A DNA stretch of 64,000 nucleotides, taken from a virus. Shown here one piece after another: positions 18,327 through 27,858 of the stretch. Under the pieces are notes generated by a model. It was not told the origin of the DNA. It made no database searches and was given only the letters and a program-made list of their open reading frames with translations. The stretch spans positions 32,001-96,000 of the IMG/VR virus record IMGVR_UViG_3300025889_000073. The stretch is one strand, 5' to 3'. The stretch's first letter is position 1, and each line of letters starts with the position of its first letter. The position numbers and the translations under genes are program-made.

Positions 18327-19260
18327 TAAAAAAACAGCTTTTGTCACCGGCGCCGCAGGATATCTAGGAAGTCATTTGTGTAAGGCCTTGAAAAATGATG
18401 GGTGGAATGTTGTAGGTTTTGGCCATAGAAGATATACAAAAAATCCATATATTGATATAATGCACTATGGAGATATTCGTGACCAAGAGTCTTTATATTA
18501 TATTTTTGATAAGGTAAAAATTGACACCGTTTTCCATTTGGCGGGCAGAATTGAATCAGGCATATCTTTTGCGGAGCCAACAGAGTTTTATTCTGTTAAT
18601 GCGGGTGGTACCACAATATTATTGAATGTTATGAAAAAATATGATATTGAGAATATTGTGTTTTCATCAACTGCTGCCGTATACAAAACAAAAAACACTC
18701 CTATCAAAGAAGATGATGAGAAAGATGATAATTCTCCTTACGGTTATTCAAAACTTTTTGCTGAAAAAGCTATTGAGGCTTCTGGTTTAAATTATGTAAT
18801 TTTTAGATATTTCAATTTAACAGGTGCCGACCCATCTGGAGAATTTGGTGAAGCTCATGAACCAGAAACACATTTGATACCTAGACTCATATTAAATTCT
18901 GAAAATTTTGAGATTAATGGTAACGACCATGAAACAATAGACGGAACTTGTGTCAGAGATTATGTCCATGTTTCAGACGTTTCGGATATACATTCTAAAG
19001 CAGGAAATTATTTAATGTCTGGAAATAAATCTGTAATTTTAAACATAGGTACAGGCAAAGGATACTCTATATTGGAAGTGGTCTCAGAACTTGAAAAAAT
19101 TATAGATAAGAATATACCAATAAAATTTTTACCTAAAAGACCGGGTGATGCTTCTAGTTTAATTGCCGATATTACTCTTGCCCAAAAGATATTGAATTAC
19201 CAGCCAAAACATGATATAATCTCAATGTTAAAAACAGCACACAGATGGTATAAAAAATGA
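18280..19260 (+). CDS. galE: UDP-glucose 4-epimerase-like
   Basis: TGAAGYLGSH, FSSTAAVY, PYGYSK, RYFN, ETHLIP, DGTCVRDYVHV; start uncertain. Confidence 0.85.
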   Translation: MKEDIRLDQESKLSPDKKTAFVTGAAGYLGSHLCKALKNDGWNVVGFGHRRYTKNPYIDIMHYGDIRDQESLYYIFDKVKIDTVFHLAGRIESGISFAEPTEFYSVNAGGTTILLNVMKKYDIENIVFSSTAAVYKTKNTPIKEDDEKDDNSPYGYSKLFAEKAIEASGLNYVIFRYFNLTGADPSGEFGEAHEPETHLIPRLILNSENFEINGNDHETIDGTCVRDYVHVSDVSDIHSKAGNYLMSGNKSVILNIGTGKGYSILEVVSELEKIIDKNIPIKFLPKRPGDASSLIADITLAQKILNYQPKHDIISMLKTAHRWYKK

Positions 19261-19826
19261 TAATGATGGAAAAAAATGATGATATTATAACTGCTGAAGA
19301 TAAAATATCTTTGGAGTTTTTGGAAAACCATGTACATTTCATAAACGGTGACATTAACGAAGATACTGTAGGGAAAGCTATTCGTTGGATTATCTATGAA
19401 AATCTAAAAGGTTCTGCTGCTTTGACTTTGTACATCAATTCTGATGGTGGTAATTTACCTGATGCTTTTGCTTTAATTGATGTTATGCGTATGTCTAAAT
19501 GCCCGGTTCGAACAATAGGAATTGGCTCTATTTGTTCCGCTGCATTTTTGATTTTTGCAGCTGGCACTACCGGACAAAGATTGATTGGAAAAAACACTCA
19601 AATAATGTGTCACCAATTTTATACCGATAGTGAAGGTAAATATCACGATTTGAAAACTAAAATTAAAGAAGATGATAGAATGAACAAGAGAATGGTTGAT
19701 TTACTTGTTTATTGTTCATCATTGACAGAAAAAGAAGTGAAAAATAAACTTTTACCCGCAAGCGATGTTTGGTTGTCAGCTGAAGACCTTTTATCATTTC
19801 ATTTAGCAGATAACATTATTTTTTAG
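19257..19826 (+). CDS. clpP: ClpP-family protease
   Basis: LYINSDGG, ICSAA (Ser), IMCHQ (His), SDVWLSA (Asp). Confidence 0.85.
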   Translation: MIMMEKNDDIITAEDKISLEFLENHVHFINGDINEDTVGKAIRWIIYENLKGSAALTLYINSDGGNLPDAFALIDVMRMSKCPVRTIGIGSICSAAFLIFAAGTTGQRLIGKNTQIMCHQFYTDSEGKYHDLKTKIKEDDRMNKRMVDLLVYCSSLTEKEVKNKLLPASDVWLSAEDLLSFHLADNIIF

Positions 19827-19995
19827 GAAGGAAGGAAAATAAATATGATTTCTGGTGGTAAAAAATACCAAAAAACTATTAAAACAAAGTACAAAAAAAA
19901 TGAAGCCGACCAATCGGTATTTGAAAAAGAAAAAAATAAAAAAAGACATCACGATAAATCATATTATAGATTAATGAGAGAGGAGAAAGAAGATT

Positions 19996-20181
19996 ATGCC
20001 CTCTGAAGAAATAAAACCAACAATTCAAGTTCCTAGTGAAAAAAAATCTGTAATTATGGAATCAATTAGAGAGAAACAAAGTAAATTATTTAAAGCAAGA
20101 TTGGAACATATGAATCCGGATTTGAATATCAAATCTAAATTAACAAGTTTAAATTTAAAAAAATATGTTAAGGACGAATAA
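19996..20181 (+). CDS. hypothetical protein
   Basis: GGAG SD. Confidence 0.5.
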   Translation: MPSEEIKPTIQVPSEKKSVIMESIREKQSKLFKARLEHMNPDLNIKSKLTSLNLKKYVKDE

Positions 20182-20353
20182 TATGAATTCTTACCGAAAA
20201 GAGTTGAAACTGAAAATTAGTGAGTTGGAAGAAAAAATTCTGAATGATGTTGGTGAAAAACAAAAATTGGAATTAGAATTAGCTAGACTCAAATTGGCAG
20301 AATTTGAAGAAGATTTGGTCGAAAGTAAAAACCAACAATTATTGAATGGTTAG
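20165..20353 (+). CDS. small coiled-coil protein
   Basis: ORF ending EFEEDL...QQLLNG. Confidence 0.55.
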   Translation: MLRTNNMNSYRKELKLKISELEEKILNDVGEKQKLELELARLKLAEFEEDLVESKNQQLLNG

Positions 20354-20421
20354 TAAGCACTAACCTACTGTTGTTTTTATACAACAAATACGCTTGACAT
20401 TTCCATTGGTTGTGTTATACT
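20348..20421 (+). promoter_or_regulatory. early promoter with two upstream palindromes
   Basis: GGTTAGT-N4-ACTAACC 20348-20365; TGTTGT-N6-ACAACA 20369-20386; TTGACA-16-TATACT. Confidence 0.8.
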
Positions 20422-20430
20422 CCAAGAACT

Positions 20431-20862
20431 ATGGAAATTTTAAAAGAAATTACTAATTGGCAAGTCGATTATCGGCAGCCAAATCATACTTATTTAATTA
20501 ATAATAAAAATCAAATAATTGCCTATGCAAAATGGCATTCAAATGATATTATGATATTTAAAACCAGAAGTGTTTTGAATAAACGATATCGCAAATTTGA
20601 AAAAGTTAATCATTCTGGATTATCTAAATTAATTAATCAATTTAAATCAGAAGATAATAAATCTGAAAACAAAAGTACTACTTTTACTAAAAGTATTAAT
20701 ACTCGTATATTTAAAGTTAAATCTAAAGATAAAGAATATAATGTAGAATATAATACTTTAGGTCACTATTTTGTCTGTTCTTGTGTAGGTTTTGGTTACA
20801 GACGAAAGTGCCGCCATGTTGATGCTGTTGCAAAAAAGATACAGCCCACAAAAAACGCTTGA
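20431..20862 (+). CDS. SWIM zinc-finger protein
   Basis: CSCVGFGYRRKCRH. Confidence 0.75.
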   Translation: MEILKEITNWQVDYRQPNHTYLINNKNQIIAYAKWHSNDIMIFKTRSVLNKRYRKFEKVNHSGLSKLINQFKSEDNKSENKSTTFTKSINTRIFKVKSKDKEYNVEYNTLGHYFVCSCVGFGYRRKCRHVDAVAKKIQPTKNA

Positions 20863-20886
20863 CAATTTTGCCTAAACCTGTATAAT
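20859..20886 (+). promoter_or_regulatory. sigma70-type early promoter
   Basis: TTGACA-16-TATAAT. Confidence 0.85.
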
Positions 20887-20917
20887 CCATTCCATGATGA
20901 TTGAAAAGGAAATTGAA

Positions 20918-21148
20918 ATGACCGAATTCGAAACCAAGTGCTACGGTATGTCAGAGCAAGATATCCGTGAGCAGTACATGAAATCCATCACTGCTAAGTG
21001 CTCCGGTCTGGAGATGGTTGTTGCTAGCATTCTGTCCGACTGCCAGGAAATGTTGGTCTGCGGTGATGATCGTGAAGATATTCGTAAGCAGTTAAATGTT
21101 GCAAAATTCATTTTGTTTGAGATGAGCGATGCAAAGGAGTCTGTATGA
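20918..21148 (+). CDS. hypothetical early protein
   Basis: SD-led ATG; same leader as 1467. Confidence 0.7.
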   Translation: MTEFETKCYGMSEQDIREQYMKSITAKCSGLEMVVASILSDCQEMLVCGDDREDIRKQLNVAKFILFEMSDAKESV

Positions 21149-21339
21149 AAAAAATTGACAATTTTGTAATTTCTTCTGTTGTAAAAAATATTGTTGAAAT
21201 GGATGATGAGCAGATTTACTGTTTAGCGGAACTATTAATTGATTATCCGCAAAAAGCTGAACGACTATCGAATTCAATTAATTTTGCATTTATGGACCGT
21301 CAGTTAACCGCTGTTGAAGTACAAGAACCTATTTGTTAA
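21145..21339 (+). CDS. hypothetical protein
   Basis: AAGGAG SD, ATGA overlap. Confidence 0.65.
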   Translation: MKKIDNFVISSVVKNIVEMDDEQIYCLAELLIDYPQKAERLSNSINFAFMDRQLTAVEVQEPIC

Positions 21340-21503
21340 GGATTTATTATGTTTTTGGTTTGCCTTGGTTTCATGTTGGTGTTTGGTGCTGTGGGCGGCA
21401 TGGAAACCGACCTTTCGGGTCAATACTTTGCCTCACAATTAGTTTTTGCTGTGTTAGGATTGGTATTGATGTATGTTGGTACCGTTCAAATCAATAACAA
21501 ACA

Positions 21504-21845
21504 ATGATTATTTACACCCGATTCAAAAAAAGCAAAAAGAAGAAGCCTACTGCTAAGCAGCGTGAGCTTCAAGCTTCTTGGGAAGAATTGATTAAAAAAA
21601 CTGCTTTGAAAACCGTGGCTAAGCCACCGGTAGGTTTGACGCCATATACAGAACCAAAAATTTATCGGCGTGAAACTCAAAATTACCCAAGTTTAGATAC
21701 CGGCGCTGGGTTATGCACCAAGCCAATTCATGGCAAAGTATACACTGGTACTGCTATGAAAGGTATTGGCACTTTGCATAAATCCAATGCCGTTCCAATT
21801 TTCTCCGATGAAGAAGCTCGAGACCAGGCTGCAATGCGGAGGTAA
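21504..21845 (+). CDS. basic hypothetical protein (YTG..GIGTLHKSNAVP)
   Basis: 113-aa ORF with this motif. Confidence 0.75.
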   Translation: MIIYTRFKKSKKKKPTAKQRELQASWEELIKKTALKTVAKPPVGLTPYTEPKIYRRETQNYPSLDTGAGLCTKPIHGKVYTGTAMKGIGTLHKSNAVPIFSDEEARDQAAMRR

Positions 21846-21927
21846 TACTAAAGTATTACTTTTTAATGGTTGTATTTTTACAACATTACCAAAAAATGCT
21901 TGCCTTTTTCTGTGGATTTGATATAAT
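21842..21927 (+). promoter_or_regulatory. early promoter with palindromes
   Basis: GTAATACT-AA-AGTATTAC; GTTGT-N6-ACAAC; TTGCCT-16-TATAAT. Confidence 0.75.
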
Positions 21928-21960
21928 CCTTCCATAGAGAGTTGAGAAGGAAACAAGATT

Positions 21961-22710
21961 ATGAAACTGCTGTCAACCGGTAACCCAAAAGTTTTAAAAG
22001 GACTAAAACAAGGTTTTAATACTTATATCTTACATTTGGCACCAGCTAGTGTATCTGGTTATGAGACTTGTCCAAAACGGACTGCTGGTTGCACCTCCGC
22101 TTGTTTGAATACTGCTGGTCGTGGTGGTATGTTCAAAAAAGGCGAAAACACCAATGCAATTCAAAAAGCTCGTATTCGTAAGACCAAAATGTTTTTCGAA
22201 AACCGTGTTGAGTTTTTCTCACAATTGGTAAAAGATATTGAATTGGCGATTAAACAATCTGCCAAAAAAGATTTGACTCCCGTTTTTCGTTTGAATGGTA
22301 CCAGTGACCTTGCTTTCGAAAAATATGAAGTGGTTCGAAATGGTAAAATGTTTCGCAATATTTTCGCTGCGTTCCCTGAAGTCCAATTTTATGATTACAC
22401 TAAGGTGCTAGGTCGCAAAGTGAATCAAATTGAAAATTATCAATTGACTTTTTCTGCCGCTGATGGCAATGATGCTGATGTGACAAAAGCAATTGCTCAA
22501 GGTTATAATGTTGCTGTCGTGTTTGGTCTGAAAAAGACTGAAGCGATGCCTGAAAATTATCTTGGTATGCCAGTTTTCAATGGTGATGAAAGTGACCTAC
22601 GTTTTCTGGATCCAAAAAATGTTGTAGTTGGTTTGTATGCCAAAGGTAAAGCGAAAAAAGATACCTCTGGTTTTGTGAAATATCCTACTTTTATGTTGAA
22701 AGCTGCTTAA
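21961..22710 (+). CDS. Gp88-like Cys-cluster protein
   Basis: CP-x5-C-x3-C, RLNGTSD, FYDYTK. Confidence 0.7.
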   Translation: MKLLSTGNPKVLKGLKQGFNTYILHLAPASVSGYETCPKRTAGCTSACLNTAGRGGMFKKGENTNAIQKARIRKTKMFFENRVEFFSQLVKDIELAIKQSAKKDLTPVFRLNGTSDLAFEKYEVVRNGKMFRNIFAAFPEVQFYDYTKVLGRKVNQIENYQLTFSAADGNDADVTKAIAQGYNVAVVFGLKKTEAMPENYLGMPVFNGDESDLRFLDPKNVVVGLYAKGKAKKDTSGFVKYPTFMLKAA

Positions 22711-22714
22711 TATA

Positions 22715-22939
22715 ATGACTGAATTTGAAGGTATTGAATATGATGATAGGCACGGCGGCCCGTTTGACCGTGGTGCTGCTGATAGTTGGTACAATCGTGG
22801 AATCAATCCGCACTTTTATGTAGGCGACACGGGTTCAAGCACTCGTATTGAAATTACAAACTATGATTCGGATGCATATGAATCCTACATTGCTGGTTAT
22901 AATTGGAATGAACAGTTTGGTGGAAAGAAGGAGTGGTAG
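22715..22939 (+). CDS. hypothetical protein (HGGPFDRGAADSWY)
   Basis: 74-aa ORF. Confidence 0.7.
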   Translation: MTEFEGIEYDDRHGGPFDRGAADSWYNRGINPHFYVGDTGSSTRIEITNYDSDAYESYIAGYNWNEQFGGKKEW

Positions 22940-23112
22940 GATGTACGAAGAAGTAAATTTTGAATTGCAACTTTTGGCTGATGAAGTTAAATTACAAAAT
23001 GAAGAAGAAATTTATAATGATATGATTGACCAAATGTGTGCTGAACACGATATGCAAATGTATGCTTGTTATTCATATGATTTAGACGCAGAATTTTATG
23101 GAGTGAATTAAC

Positions 23113-23349
23113 ATGAATTTAAAATATTATCGTTCACCTATTCAAGAAATGTCTTTCTATAAAAATATTCCAATGACTAAATGTAACAAACAGTCATTGG
23201 ATGTGATTAGACGGATTTTGGACTTTCCAATCCGAATCCGCTATCGTGGGCCTCGACCATTTGATGGGAGAAGTTCACTAAATCGGCAATCCACTTGTCT
23301 CAAAAAGTATGCTACAAGCTTTGCCGTTTATGCTGACTATTCTCGGTAA
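23113..23349 (+). CDS. hypothetical protein (RYRGPR motif)
   Basis: GGAG SD. Confidence 0.65.
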   Translation: MNLKYYRSPIQEMSFYKNIPMTKCNKQSLDVIRRILDFPIRIRYRGPRPFDGRSSLNRQSTCLKKYATSFAVYADYSR

Positions 23350-23364
23350 ACATAAAAAAAGTGC

Positions 23365-23393
23365 TTGCCAAATGGTCTTGTTTGTGTTAGAAT
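23365..23393 (+). promoter_or_regulatory. sigma70-type promoter
   Basis: TTGCCA-17-TAGAAT with extended -10 TGTG. Confidence 0.7.
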
Positions 23394-23425
23394 TATGTCC
23401 TCTAAATTAATTAAGGAGTTTTATT

Positions 23426-23851
23426 ATGGCTCGTGGTAAATCTACGAAACTGAAACCTTTCGAAAAGCTGTTGACCGTTATGGTCTCTGGCAAACCGGTG
23501 ACGCTTGAAGAAATTGAAGCAACACTCGGCAACGAAATTCATATGTATCGAATTTCAACCTATATTTGGCATATTAAAACATTTGCCAATGGCGTTGTAA
23601 AGGCTATCAAAGATGGCCGAAAAGTTACTGCTTATCAGGTCACAAATGTTGACAAGATTAAGGAGTATTTCCGTATTACTGGTATTGACCCTAGCAAATT
23701 TGTTCCTGGTCAAGCCGACAAGATTGTTCGTGCTAAGAAAAAAGTTGTTTCTAGCAAAGTGAATAAACTTGTAGATTTGAAGGCGAAGCCTCAACAAAAA
23801 AATGTTGTTGAAACCGAGGACATTGAAGTCGTTGAGGTTACTGAGCAATAG
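23426..23851 (+). CDS. putative winged-helix DNA-binding early protein
   Basis: TAAGGAG SD; helix-turn-helix-wing-like pattern. Confidence 0.55.
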   Translation: MARGKSTKLKPFEKLLTVMVSGKPVTLEEIEATLGNEIHMYRISTYIWHIKTFANGVVKAIKDGRKVTAYQVTNVDKIKEYFRITGIDPSKFVPGQADKIVRAKKKVVSSKVNKLVDLKAKPQQKNVVETEDIEVVEVTEQ

Positions 23852-24028
23852 ACGTTCCGCTTTGTTAGCGGATACTATGACCCGTAGGATGAGAAGTGGG
23901 GTGACTCCCAAGGGTGGTTCCAGTCTTACCAAACTGGCGCTGGCAATGCGAGAACGGTCCCTGTCGGGGAGCGGGTGGAAGGAGCGTATGCTCTATAATT
24001 ACCGCCGGGGGACGCAGAGCATTTTTTT
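23852..24028 (+). ncRNA. GC-rich structured ncRNA candidate
   Basis: intergenic; at least 6 stems and a possible pseudoknot; ends in a U-tract. Confidence 0.6.
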
Positions 24029-24039
24029 ATAGGGTTGTT

Positions 24040-24342
24040 ATGAACGAAAAACAAGAAGAAGTTTTACGAATAGCACAAGAGGAATGCGCTGAAGTGATAC
24101 AGGCTATTTCCAAAGTGTTTAGATTTGGATTGCACACAGAACATAATGGCAAAACAAACCAATCAAGCTTGACTGATGAAGTTGGCGATTTACTTTGTAT
24201 GATTGAATTATTTTCCGAATTTGGTGTTTTGGATAAAAACAGAATTAAATTTTGTGCTTTGAAGAAACGTGAGAAACTGGAAAAGTGGTCGAGTATTTTT
24301 AAAAATGAAATTGAAGAATATCGTGCCGCCGGCGTTATCTAA
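24040..24342 (+). CDS. MazG-like NTP pyrophosphatase
   Basis: EECAEVIQAISK...DEVGDL. Confidence 0.8.
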   Translation: MNEKQEEVLRIAQEECAEVIQAISKVFRFGLHTEHNGKTNQSSLTDEVGDLLCMIELFSEFGVLDKNRIKFCALKKREKLEKWSSIFKNEIEEYRAAGVI

Positions 24343-25054
24343 AATCACATTATCTCTGTTGTTTGTTTCTGGTGTTTCTATGGCATCAGAAACTTTTGGT
24401 TCTGGTGAATACCGATTTGGTCCGGATACATCGGAGAATTTTGCTTGTGAGATGGCCGAAATAAAAGCTAAAGAAAATGCCATATCAAACTTTTTAGGCG
24501 AGACTGTAGAGTTTTCCTCACAGAGAAGTTGTATAAATGCACATTGTGATTTTAATGACCAAATTGTTTTGGATTCAAAAGGTGTTATAAAGAGTGTTTC
24601 AAGCTTACACAAAACAGTTCTGGTAAGAGAAGGTTATAAAAATTGTGTCGTTAAAGTTAAGGCTGATGTTGTAGAAATAAAATCAAATATTAAATTTCGG
24701 GTTGATGGTAAACTGGATTATTTTTATGGTGATTTAGTTGATTTTTCTTTGATGTCGAATAAACCTGGCCACGTTTATATTTTTAATTATTTTTCCGGCG
24801 AATACACACATATAATCAATGCTCAAATTTTTAGACAAAATACCGCAATACCAATCAATCAATTGACAGCATATTTACCAAAATATTTGGATTATTCAAA
24901 AGAACTTATGGTTTTTGTTTTTACCGAAAAACCAATTAGGCAAATAAAATACAAGTATGCCGCAAATGAAATGAAAAATATGATACTATCCATACCTGTA
25001 GAAAGTAGGAAAGTTGTTTATCGTTATTTAACTATACGCAGGAAAGTAAAATGA
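24305..25054 (+). CDS. exported protein (FlgT/LPP20-like N-terminal region)
   Basis: signal-like segment; ACEMAEIKAKENAI; paired Cys. Confidence 0.55.
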   Translation: MKLKNIVPPALSKITLSLLFVSGVSMASETFGSGEYRFGPDTSENFACEMAEIKAKENAISNFLGETVEFSSQRSCINAHCDFNDQIVLDSKGVIKSVSSLHKTVLVREGYKNCVVKVKADVVEIKSNIKFRVDGKLDYFYGDLVDFSLMSNKPGHVYIFNYFSGEYTHIINAQIFRQNTAIPINQLTAYLPKYLDYSKELMVFVFTEKPIRQIKYKYAANEMKNMILSIPVESRKVVYRYLTIRRKVK

Positions 25055-25632
25055 AAAAAACTCTTATTGTATTACCCCTAGTCCTTGCCATGACAGCTTG
25101 TTCTAGTTTAAAATACTCACAAGATATTGCAATTGAAGCACCAAAAATCGGAACATCTCCCGGTGATGAAGTGAAATATCCTGATTGGTATGTTGCTAGT
25201 GTTGATGACAAGGCCTTGTATTCCGTTGCTACTGAATATTCTTCTGATATGCAATTTGCTGTTGATAAAGCAATGTTATCCGGCAAACGTGAATTGGCTT
25301 CTAATTTCTCGTCACATATTAATGGTATGTTGAAAGATTATGCAGCTGAAGTTGGCGATTCTAGTGATTCTGTGATTAGAGATATTGACCGAACGACAAA
25401 GATGGTCGTTTCTCAAGTGAATCTAATTGGCGTACAAAGAACCAATTTTAAAATTGTACATGAAAAAACTGGTTATCGTGCTTTCGTAAAACTCCGTTAT
25501 GCAACTGATGATTCTAACCGAGTTTTGCTGTCAGAAATTAAAAAGAACTCAAAATTGAAAGCCAAACTTCAAGGTTCAAAATCATTTAAAGAGATGGAAG
25601 AATCCATAGAAAAAATTGAAAGTACTAATTAA
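25051..25632 (+). CDS. LPP20-like lipoprotein
   Basis: lipobox AMTAC; PDWY; AVDKA..KRELA. Confidence 0.7.
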   Translation: MKKTLIVLPLVLAMTACSSLKYSQDIAIEAPKIGTSPGDEVKYPDWYVASVDDKALYSVATEYSSDMQFAVDKAMLSGKRELASNFSSHINGMLKDYAAEVGDSSDSVIRDIDRTTKMVVSQVNLIGVQRTNFKIVHEKTGYRAFVKLRYATDDSNRVLLSEIKKNSKLKAKLQGSKSFKEMEESIEKIESTN

Positions 25633-25797
25633 TTATCTCAAGTATTCCGGTATATGGGTTGGGTTTGTTCTTAACCCATATCATTGGGAATTTAAGTATC
25701 AAACAAAATCAAAAGAGTTTCCGGACAACTACAACTTATTCGATAATTGCATTTATTGTGGTCCAGTTTGGATTCGTTTAGTCATTGATGATGGGAG

Positions 25798-26070
25798 ATG
25801 GTAGTGAAAAAAAGTATAGATAAGATTTTTGATTTAGAACAATCAATCATGCAATGTTGGAATGTAATTGATGACATTAAATTGGTTACACAACAAGTTT
25901 ATGACCGGCCAAAACCACTTACAGAAGATGAATTAGGAAATCTTTTGATTGGTTTAGAATCAATGTATCAATTAAAATTCGAAAAACTTTGGAGCGAGTT
26001 TGAAGATATTTGTAAAGATTATCATAAATATCGAAAAATTGCTGAGTCCGTTCAGGATGATATGAAGTGA
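25798..26070 (+). CDS. hypothetical protein
   Basis: FDLEQSIMQCW motif. Confidence 0.65.
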   Translation: MVVKKSIDKIFDLEQSIMQCWNVIDDIKLVTQQVYDRPKPLTEDELGNLLIGLESMYQLKFEKLWSEFEDICKDYHKYRKIAESVQDDMK

Positions 26071-26660
26071 ATATTTTTTATCTTGACGCCAACCCTAAAA
26101 TCTGTGCTGAAATGCATTGTGATAAACATTGTGTAAAGATGATTATCGAATATGCACAACTTATGTCAACAGCACACCGCATACTCGATGGTCAAGAATA
26201 TATGGGTTTGACGGCCAATGGTCGTAAGATTCGGCGCTGGCGTATGGATGATGAAAAACTAGAAAATGGTTTGATGAAGGCATCACACATAAATCATCCG
26301 TCAAACATCTGGCTTCGTCAAAGTGGTGAAAACTATGATTGGCTTTTAAAGATGTGGTTGCATTTGATTTCTGAATACACACATCGTTATGGTAAACAAC
26401 ACGCTTGTGAAAAGTATATTGATTTTTTGTATTTCAAACCAAAAAATATTCCAAACGGAAAATTTACTGAGCCGACGCCAGCAATGCCAGATGACTGTAA
26501 GATTACCAATGATTCTATAGCGTCCTATCATAAATATTACATAGACAAGAAAATTTCTTTCGCAAAGTGGACTAAACGTGAAGTTCCACTTTGGTTTAAA
26601 AATGGAATTGGAATAAATATTAATAATGCCAACTTACAGTTTCTACAACAATCAAACTAA
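26067..26660 (+). CDS. pyrimidine-dimer glycosylase (DenV-superfamily)-like protein
   Basis: MNIFYLD, HCDKHCVKMIIEYAQL, HINHPSNIW, EYTHRYGKQH. Confidence 0.75.
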   Translation: MNIFYLDANPKICAEMHCDKHCVKMIIEYAQLMSTAHRILDGQEYMGLTANGRKIRRWRMDDEKLENGLMKASHINHPSNIWLRQSGENYDWLLKMWLHLISEYTHRYGKQHACEKYIDFLYFKPKNIPNGKFTEPTPAMPDDCKITNDSIASYHKYYIDKKISFAKWTKREVPLWFKNGIGININNANLQFLQQSN

Positions 26661-26919
26661 TGAATCGTTTGATGCCTTCATGAAAATAAGTGAGAGAGAA
26701 GATTACTTAAAAAATAATCCTCATATCACTTCAATAGTCTCTGCACCCGCCTTGGTCTCGGGTGTATCTACAACAAACAAAGTTCCCGATGGTTTTAAGG
26801 ATGTGCTTGCTAAAACAGCAGAAGCACATCCTTCTTCACCATTGGCACAGAAATATGGTAAAAAATCCTCCAAACAAATAAAGACGGAAAGTATCGTCAA
26901 AAAACATTTAGGAATTTGA
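26626..26919 (+). CDS. FmdB-like small protein
   Basis: MPTYSF N-terminus (Cys lost). Confidence 0.6.
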   Translation: MPTYSFYNNQTNESFDAFMKISEREDYLKNNPHITSIVSAPALVSGVSTTNKVPDGFKDVLAKTAEAHPSSPLAQKYGKKSSKQIKTESIVKKHLGI

Positions 26920-26960
26920 GTGTATTTGTTATGATATTTTTTAACAAAAAGGAGAAGCCT

Positions 26961-27185
26961 ATGGCCAAGCGTTCAATGCAAAAGAAAGTAGCATTACTTC
27001 AACAGAAATGGGATGGTGATTTAAAAGATAAGGAGGAAGAAGACCCAAGATGGAGTAATCAAGAAGTTGCAAAGAACCGACAAAAAGCCATATATGAACA
27101 GAACCCATGGTTAGAATATAACATGACTTGTTCAGAGTGGTATGAAAAAATAATTAAACCAACATTAATGAAGGAAGCTGCTTAG
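26961..27185 (+). CDS. hypothetical protein
   Basis: AAGGAG SD before MAKRS. Confidence 0.6.
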   Translation: MAKRSMQKKVALLQQKWDGDLKDKEEEDPRWSNQEVAKNRQKAIYEQNPWLEYNMTCSEWYEKIIKPTLMKEAA

Positions 27186-27192
27186 TAATATT

Positions 27193-27858
27193 ATGAATTT
27201 TTGTCATGTTAAATTGGATGAGTTGAATTTCGAAATGGAATCAGAAACCACGGAAAGGGGTAGAGTCTATAAAGTTCCAGGAGGAGGACTCTACCCTTCT
27301 ATCACAACAGTATTATCATCATACAATAAAAAAGCTCTGATGGAATGGCGCAAAAGAGTTGGTGAAGAAGAAGCTAATCGTGTAGCTAAAGCTGCATCTG
27401 GTCGTGGAACCAGATTACACAATACGGTTGAGAAATATCTCCTTAATGAGTTGACTGACGTTAAAATAAAAACTATGATGCCTGACATTAAGGAAATGTT
27501 TTTCGATATGCGTAAAATCATTGATGAGAATATTGGTGATATTTATGGTATTGAACAACCACTTTATTCCCACAAATTAAGACTCGCAGGCCGTTGTGAT
27601 TGTATTGCGGAATGGAATGGACAGTTATCAATCGTGGACTGGAAGACCGCAAGTAGAGCCAAAGACAAAGAACATATAAAGAACTATTTTATGCAGGCTA
27701 CGGCTTATGCAGAAATGTTTGAAGAACTGACCGGAAAGGCAATAGACACAATTGTTGTGGCGATAGCTGTGCAAAGTGAATCTCCGCAGGTGTTCATTGA
27801 GAGTAAGTATAAATACCTTCTCCCTTTAAATGAATATAACGAAAGGTACCAGAGATGA
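27193..27858 (+). CDS. PD-(D/E)XK exonuclease (Cas4/RecB-like)
   Basis: YPSITTVL, RGTRLH, AGRCD, VDWKT, QATAY. Confidence 0.85.
   Translation: MNFCHVKLDELNFEMESETTERGRVYKVPGGGLYPSITTVLSSYNKKALMEWRKRVGEEEANRVAKAASGRGTRLHNTVEKYLLNELTDVKIKTMMPDIKEMFFDMRKIIDENIGDIYGIEQPLYSHKLRLAGRCDCIAEWNGQLSIVDWKTASRAKDKEHIKNYFMQATAYAEMFEELTGKAIDTIVVAIAVQSESPQVFIESKYKYLLPLNEYNERYQR

Noticed and set aside
23802-24039. ORF 23802-24032 and the N-terminal extension of ORF 23914
   Set aside because: Open because of local high GC; no SD; MazG-like similarity starts at 24040
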